NCBI RefSeq assembly: GCF_009914755.1 | Contig: NC_060941.1 | DNA: 64,000 bases | From: the human T2T-CHM13v2.0 reference genome, Homo sapiens | Strand: one strand, 5' to 3' | In this document: positions 57,913-64,000 of the stretch, one piece after another | Numbering within the stretch: the stretch's first letter is position 1 | How the letters are laid out: each line of letters begins with the position of its first letter | The notes under the pieces: generated by a model | Seen by the model: the letters and a program-made list of their open reading frames with translations, nothing else | What the model was told of the DNA's origin: nothing | The model's database searches: none | Position numbers and translations under genes: made by a program

Positions 57913-59662
57913 GCCTCTTGTGACTAGGGAGTTAGGAGGTCTAAGGGGGTGGCCTATGGCTGGGCACTGCAGACAGTGGTTTTCGTGGAGGTTATATACA
58001 GCCTTGGCCTCTTCAAACTCAGAACATCTATCTGCACCCAGTCTTCTCTCTGAAGTCTCCCACATGTCCTAGCTAGTCTGGATATTCTCTTGCCCATTCT
58101 TCCTGCTCCTGTGCACATAACTGTATGCAAGCATTTGTTAAATTGCTTTCATTTCTCTGCATACATGTTGATCTTCCTCCTCTGACCATGAGTTTCATGG
58201 GGTCAGAGACCTTAATGTATTATTGTCCCTACTCTTAATGTTTTATGTGGGGCTTGGCATTGGGTAGATACTAAAAAAAAAATTTACTGAATGAACGAAT
58301 TCCTAGGACTTATTATAGCCAAAATAAGGCATCCCAAACTTTTACTTTCCCACATATTTAGACTACCTCCCAGTAAATTCCACCATTGAAACAAATATAA
58401 AAACTAACTCAAGACACTCCAAGAGGAATCAAAGCTTCAAGAACAACAAACATGGAAAACAAAACAATTTTTATGCTCAAACTTTCCAGTAGGGTGCTGT
58501 CATAGCTAAATGCATTTTGTTCATGGAATAAATCTTTCAAAGATTTACTGGTAAACATTTATGTTGAGTTGCTTCATCTTTTTTGTCTTTTTCTCATTAA
58601 TAATATGTGAATAATAAAAATACCTCATTGATATGAAGAGTTATGTTAAAATAGTGCATGGCACATAGCCAGGGCTCACTAAATGTTAGCTATTTTCATT
58701 ACATCACAGGTGAAGAGTTTCATTCCGTGATTTTATTAAGATGTCTGGTTGTTACTTAAGTCAGTAAACCACCCCCCAAGGTCAGTTCCAGCTCATAGCC
58801 TGTGTTTGTATGGCCCTGCAAGCTGAGAATGGTTGTCATATTTTTAAGGGATAAAACAAAAAAACAAAGGAGAGCAAAAAAAGAGCATGCCTAAAATATG
58901 TACTGTTTGGTTGTTTACAGAAAAACGTTTGCCAATCCTTGCCTAAGGGTAACAGCTCAAAGACTGCCCCCATGGATGTGTCTGGAATCCTCTAAGCAGC
59001 CCATTGCAGCTTCCCTGCAGTTTCCTCCTTTAATTTTTAAAATGTTTGAAATCTTTACCAAGTCCGTAGCTTTGGTGGCTGTAAAGATTCATTATACGTA
59101 TGGATTGTCCAAGCTGTTACAGAAACTGAACAGTGAGGTGCTGAGGCTGTGTTCCATGGGGGTTCAAAAGATTACCCCTGTGACATCTTGCAAAGACAGT
59201 GCCATGCAAATGAAGGCAGCCATGAGGAGCTACGTTGAAAAGCTTCATGCTAATACTTAGGAAAAGGAGTCATGAGGGACGTATGCAATTGACAATCAGT
59301 ACAGCCCTCTAAGCAGAAAGACCACAAAGGGAAAGAGAAGGGAAAGTAGCATTTACTTAGGTACCTAGTATATGCCAGGCATGTGCTAGATGCCTTCTTT
59401 AGCATAGCAGCATTTTAATTCTCATACAGTCCAGTGAGGTGCTTATAATTATCACCCCAGTTTTTCAAACAAGGAAACTGGTTTGAGCAAGTTGTTTGCT
59501 CAATCAAGGACTCATTCAAACAGGATTGGAGTCCAGGCTAGGCTGATTTATAAGCCCTTGTTCTTTCCTAGAACATAAGGTGTTTCAAACTTTGTTATGA
59601 AGTTTAGAAGTAGCCCAACCCACAGAAAGAAAGGGGTCAATATAGACATAAATAGCTCAAAA

Positions 59663-60133
<471 letters not shown>

Positions 60134-60541
60134 TCAGATGTACCTGATTTAGAAAAAGTATTGGACTTAAAAAAAAAACAAACAATTTCTGAGATCCATT
60201 CCAGCCTTACAATTCTATGCTTCCATGTTTTGTAGTTTCTATTGTTTTTATTCATGAAGAGTTTATGATCAGTTGATGCCAGAAAGTTGCAACTCTTGAA
60301 TGACTTTAGGAATTCACCTCATTAAATGGCTCTGTCACAACCCTGAGCTTGCAGGGTCAGGGCCCAAGTGTTCCAGGGATAGAAAGCTGGCATTTCTGCT
60401 TCAGCAAAGAGGCCAACATGCAGCCTCTCTGCTTACTTAACACCTGACAGAGGGGAGAGAGAGACACGAAACAGAATACTTGACTGACACTGGCTTAAGG
60501 AATGATGATGTGTTTGTGTCATCTAGTAGATATTTGCCATT

Positions 60542-61105
60542 TGTGGCTGCTCCATATCTTCCCCATATTTTAGTTAAATCTCATATTACAAGTCCTCCCT
60601 GCTCAAAAACAGGAGACTAGAAAACTGGTATTTTCAGACTCCTTCACAGCTAGACCACAGGCCTGAACTTGGGTTCTATTTTTGCCATTGAAAGTAATGG
60701 CAAAAACTGCAGTTACTTTTGCACCAACCTATATCAATCGAATATACCCATGTAAGACTTGGATTCATGAGTGAGCAATGTGAGGGGGTGGCCATGTGTG
60801 GGCACTCACTATTCTGAGATTCATCACGGAAGAGGCTGCTACTTCTTCCAAGGAGCCAAGCAGAGCTTCCAGCATTCCAGCACGTGCAGAACTGGAGCTG
60901 AGAGCAATAGCTCTGATGGTAATGCTTGCATTGAAACAGTTCCCATGGCATGGTTGGACATTGTTCTTGTCTCTGTAGTTTTAAAGCTTGGCTCTCTCTG
61001 GCCCTCATGGAGAGTCTGCAAGTCCCCTAACATCCTTTTAAATTATTGTTTTTTAAAATTTGAACTAGCCACAGTGGAAGCTGTTTGCAGTTCAGATTCC
61101 TGACT
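60542..61105 (+). mobile_element. LTR33-like ERVL LTR containing a MADE1
   Basis: tgtggctgct...ctagaaaact...ttttcagactcctt...agctag start and ctgtttgcagttcagattcctgact end. Confidence 0.55.
60679..60731. mobile_element. Truncated MADE1 (Hsmar1-derived MITE)
   Basis: tttttgccattgaaagtaatggcaaaaactgcagttacttttgcaccaaccta; left TIR largely missing. Confidence 0.88.
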
Positions 61106-61142
61106 ACAGTGGATGCTGTTGTTTGCAATTCAGATTCTTGTC

Positions 61143-61410
61143 ATGTGACAAGAAGTATGGGGCAGGAATAGGTGATTTCAGGGTTGCTGTGGTGGCTCAA
61201 AGTATCAGTAAGGATTCAGCCTCTATCTTCCCATGTTTTGTGAGTTTACTTTTTATCTTAAAGTTGGTTGTCTAAAGGTCACTGTCAATGACCAATAAGA
61301 CTATCAATGGCTCCAAGTAGCACATCTTTTCAATTTATTTTTCCAAGAAGAAAAGGAAAACAAAAAAGAGGAAGGCATCTTCAAAATGGATTGTTCCAAG
61401 GAGAAAAGAA

Positions 61411-61479
<69 letters not shown>

Positions 61480-61620
61480 AAAGACCTTCCTTCCACCTTA
61501 TTTTTCACTGACTGGACAGGGTTATAAGGTCACCGCTAGTTGCAAAAGGATCTGACAAGGAAGAATGTGATAGTCATGGTTAGCTTAGACCAACCATGCT
61601 TTATTACAGGGGGCAAAGAC
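61143..61620 (-). mobile_element. Ancient ERVL/MaLR LTR remnant hosting the CAG repeat
   Basis: aagaagt...cagggttgctgtggtggctc upstream and cttatttttcactgactggacagggttataaggtcaccgctagttgcaaaagga downstream resemble MLT1/LTR33-type antisense sequence. Confidence 0.5.
61415..61477 (+). repeat. Pure (CAG)21 trinucleotide repeat, likely the ERDA1 locus
   Basis: 63 bp of uninterrupted CAG counted directly. Flanks ATGGATTGTTCCAAGGAG and AAGACCTTCCTTCCACCT match my recollection of the ERDA1 PCR primer sites. Confidence 0.9.
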
Positions 61621-61824
61621 ATTCAGATTCTACTATTAAGAAAGAAGGGAGGGAAGGGGTTGCTAGATAGGCAACTGATGCCTACCAAAATCCCACTCCA
61701 AGCTTGCTCCCTCGTTGACAAGATCTGGCAATGGGACTCCGCTCCTAGAAGAGGGAGATTTCCTAGAAGATTCCCATTCCTGTTTTCCCCAGGCCAACTT
61801 CTAGGTGCTTCAGGGCCTTCAGTT

Positions 61825-61995
61825 GAACCCATTGTCAGAGAGACCTGGGTTTGAATCTGGCTCTTCCACACCCCCAGTGCCACCTGGGCAAGGGTTTCCT
61901 CACTTCTCTTTCTTCATCTGTAATGTGGGGATAGCAATAGCCCTGCCTCATGGATTGTTGTGAAGACTGAATGCTATAGTAACACTCAATTCCTG
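61825..61995 (+). mobile_element. MIR SINE
   Basis: gacctgggtttgaatctggctct...ttcatctgtaatgtggggatagcaatag...ggattgttgtgaagact. Confidence 0.75.
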
Positions 61996-64000
61996 AACAT
62001 GATAAGCAATAACTATTTTAGAAGGAGGAGGAGGAGGACTAGTGTGGAGTATTCTGATACATAGTCCTTCTAGGGAGGGTGACTGACAACACATGTATAT
62101 AACCCGGTAATTTTAGAATAGAGGTAGTTGATACCATGTGTAAGGTGAGGGTTTCCTCAGACATGTGCTTACAGGTGTGTTGCAAAACAATGTTATGTGC
62201 ATCAGCTTATTTAATCTCACATAACACCTTTATACAGGTGATGACTCAAAGGCTTAAAGATGCTCATGATGGATCTGAAGGAAGAATCTGGTAAGTGTTG
62301 GGCAGAATCACTCATCCAGTTATACCTGGGCTCTTTGCATTCAACCTCAGTACCTGGAAACTGAACAGGAATGTCAGTAGCAGATTGCCTGATGACCATC
62401 GAGGATTTATCTGGAGAAAAACCAGGAGCTTTAAGGTGATTTTCTTTAAGTATCAGCAGCACTGGCTTGTGAAGCAGCAATTTCACATATATGTTTAGTC
62501 TCCAGAGATTGAAGATAAGGATCACATTACTGGAGATAAATTTTGAACAACACAAGAAAGGACATGGGGTATAAGCTACGCAACAGTGAAATGAGTGGCC
62601 TTGGGGAGAAGTGAGTTTCCTATCACTGGAGGTAATCAAGCAGCACATCACCTATAGAGGTGATCCATGCTTCAAATGGAGGCAGGGAAGTATGGGTGGA
62701 GGCTTCTGAGGTTCTTTTCAGTTCTAAGATCCAAAATTCTATGAGAGCTACAGGCAGGTCAGCACCAGCCACACAGGAGTTTCTGGAATGGATGGAGAGG
62801 CCCTTCCAGCTGAGAGGGGTGCTGAATTTAAAGAGGCCCTCTGGAACCAAACACAGGTGTAGATTCCTCTGCTCTTCCCTTAGTGCCTCTGCTGGGAGAA
62901 TGACGATGAAGTCCTCCAGGTATCCAGGCTTCTCCCTTGAGCATTAGTGAGAGTAGCTTGTTCTGAAAGGGGAGCCGGCTGGCCATTCTCACTGATGGAT
63001 CTCAGGAATGTCACCACCCTGGAGGCCAGGATAAACCAATGCATCCTGTCCTCTTGTCAACATTCTTTCCCTCCAACATGACACAGATTAAGAGCTTATT
63101 TTCCAACAGCCTTTGATGCATTTTTAAACATTTACCCTCAGGATTATTCCTCTTGTTCTCCCAACTTCTAGCCAGCTGATTAAAATTCTAGCTCAATTGA
63201 AATACTCTTTCAAAGTGGGCCATTCAGAATTAAGCAAAAAGCACTGAACTTACTAGAGGTCTAGCACTTTTGATTAATCTTTAATTAATACTTCACTTTA
63301 ATTTTCAATGCTACCTTTAAAACACAGAGCTGTGTTCAAACCACAAACTCATTATCTTATCATTTTGAAAGGCAGGACTGTCTGTCAGAGTATAAGAAAA
63401 GGGTACTGTGTAGTAGTCTTTTCCTGGAAGTCAGTTTTGTAAAATTTTCATTGATAGACAGTAGTTCTGAAATATGTATATATATATTAGAAAGCAACCA
63501 TCTTCCAAAAGATCTAAAGAATCAGCTGGGAGAAAATTATGGTAACACAGGGTAAAATAATATTGTGCTGTGTTGACATAAATTCATCTTTGTTATTTAT
63601 CCTGATGATTTTATCTTTTTATTGGTGTATCACATTGCTGAAAATATGGTTTATAATTTAATTTCCACTGCCAAGTACGGAGAAGCCACTGGAGGCACTG
63701 TAATGAGGAAAGAATAGTCATGGTACGACCATGGAAAAGGATGCGAAGATGATTTATGTAACTTTCTTTTCCTATTTACAGTTTATTAAGTCACTGTCTT
63801 TTTGCAATGGCCAAGTGAAAATTAAAGCACTTCAGAGAAGAACTTGGGGTTCAGCATCATTAGGGGAAGAGGAATGGATGCCTTGATGAACTTGACTATA
63901 GAAATCTATAGAGCACAACTTAATCAGCCTTCAAATTGATCTTGGATGCTCAAAAGCAGGTTTAAGACTGAACAAATCTTTAATGCATATCCTTTCCCTT

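Noticed and set aside
61307-61555. 82-aa ORF with a 21-Q tract as a polyglutamine gene
   Set aside because: Short, lies in LTR-derived low-complexity sequence, has no recognisable domain or exon context; polyQ is the inevitable reading of the CAG tract.

Overview
Primate, almost certainly human, non-coding genomic DNA: CpG-depleted and dense in interspersed repeats (Alu, L1, L2, MIR, MaLR/ERVL LTRs, hAT and TcMar DNA transposons). No credible protein-coding exon, RNA gene or prokaryote-type system is visible. The only ORF-track hits with recognisable protein content are decayed L1 ORF2 pieces and Alu-derived frames. A pure (CAG)21 tract at 61415-61477 has flanks I recognise from memory as the ERDA1 (17q21.3) unstable repeat, which would place the window inside a large intron of CA10; no CA10 coding exon is seen. 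The most notable structures read directly from the sequence are: (1) a 100%-identical 185-bp local templated duplication (50330-50514 copied to 51494-51678, splitting an L2); (2) a nested L1 complex at 14190-18421 with a twin-primed old L1, a younger L1 with a 14-bp TSD, an internal inversion, a snap-back templated insertion and two Alus; (3) a CpG-rich Z-DNA tract with an NRF1 palindrome and GC-box; (4) a decayed Tigger transposase N-terminus. I found no evidence of a new biological system. Repeat subfamily names and many boundaries are from recalled consensus sequences and are approximate.
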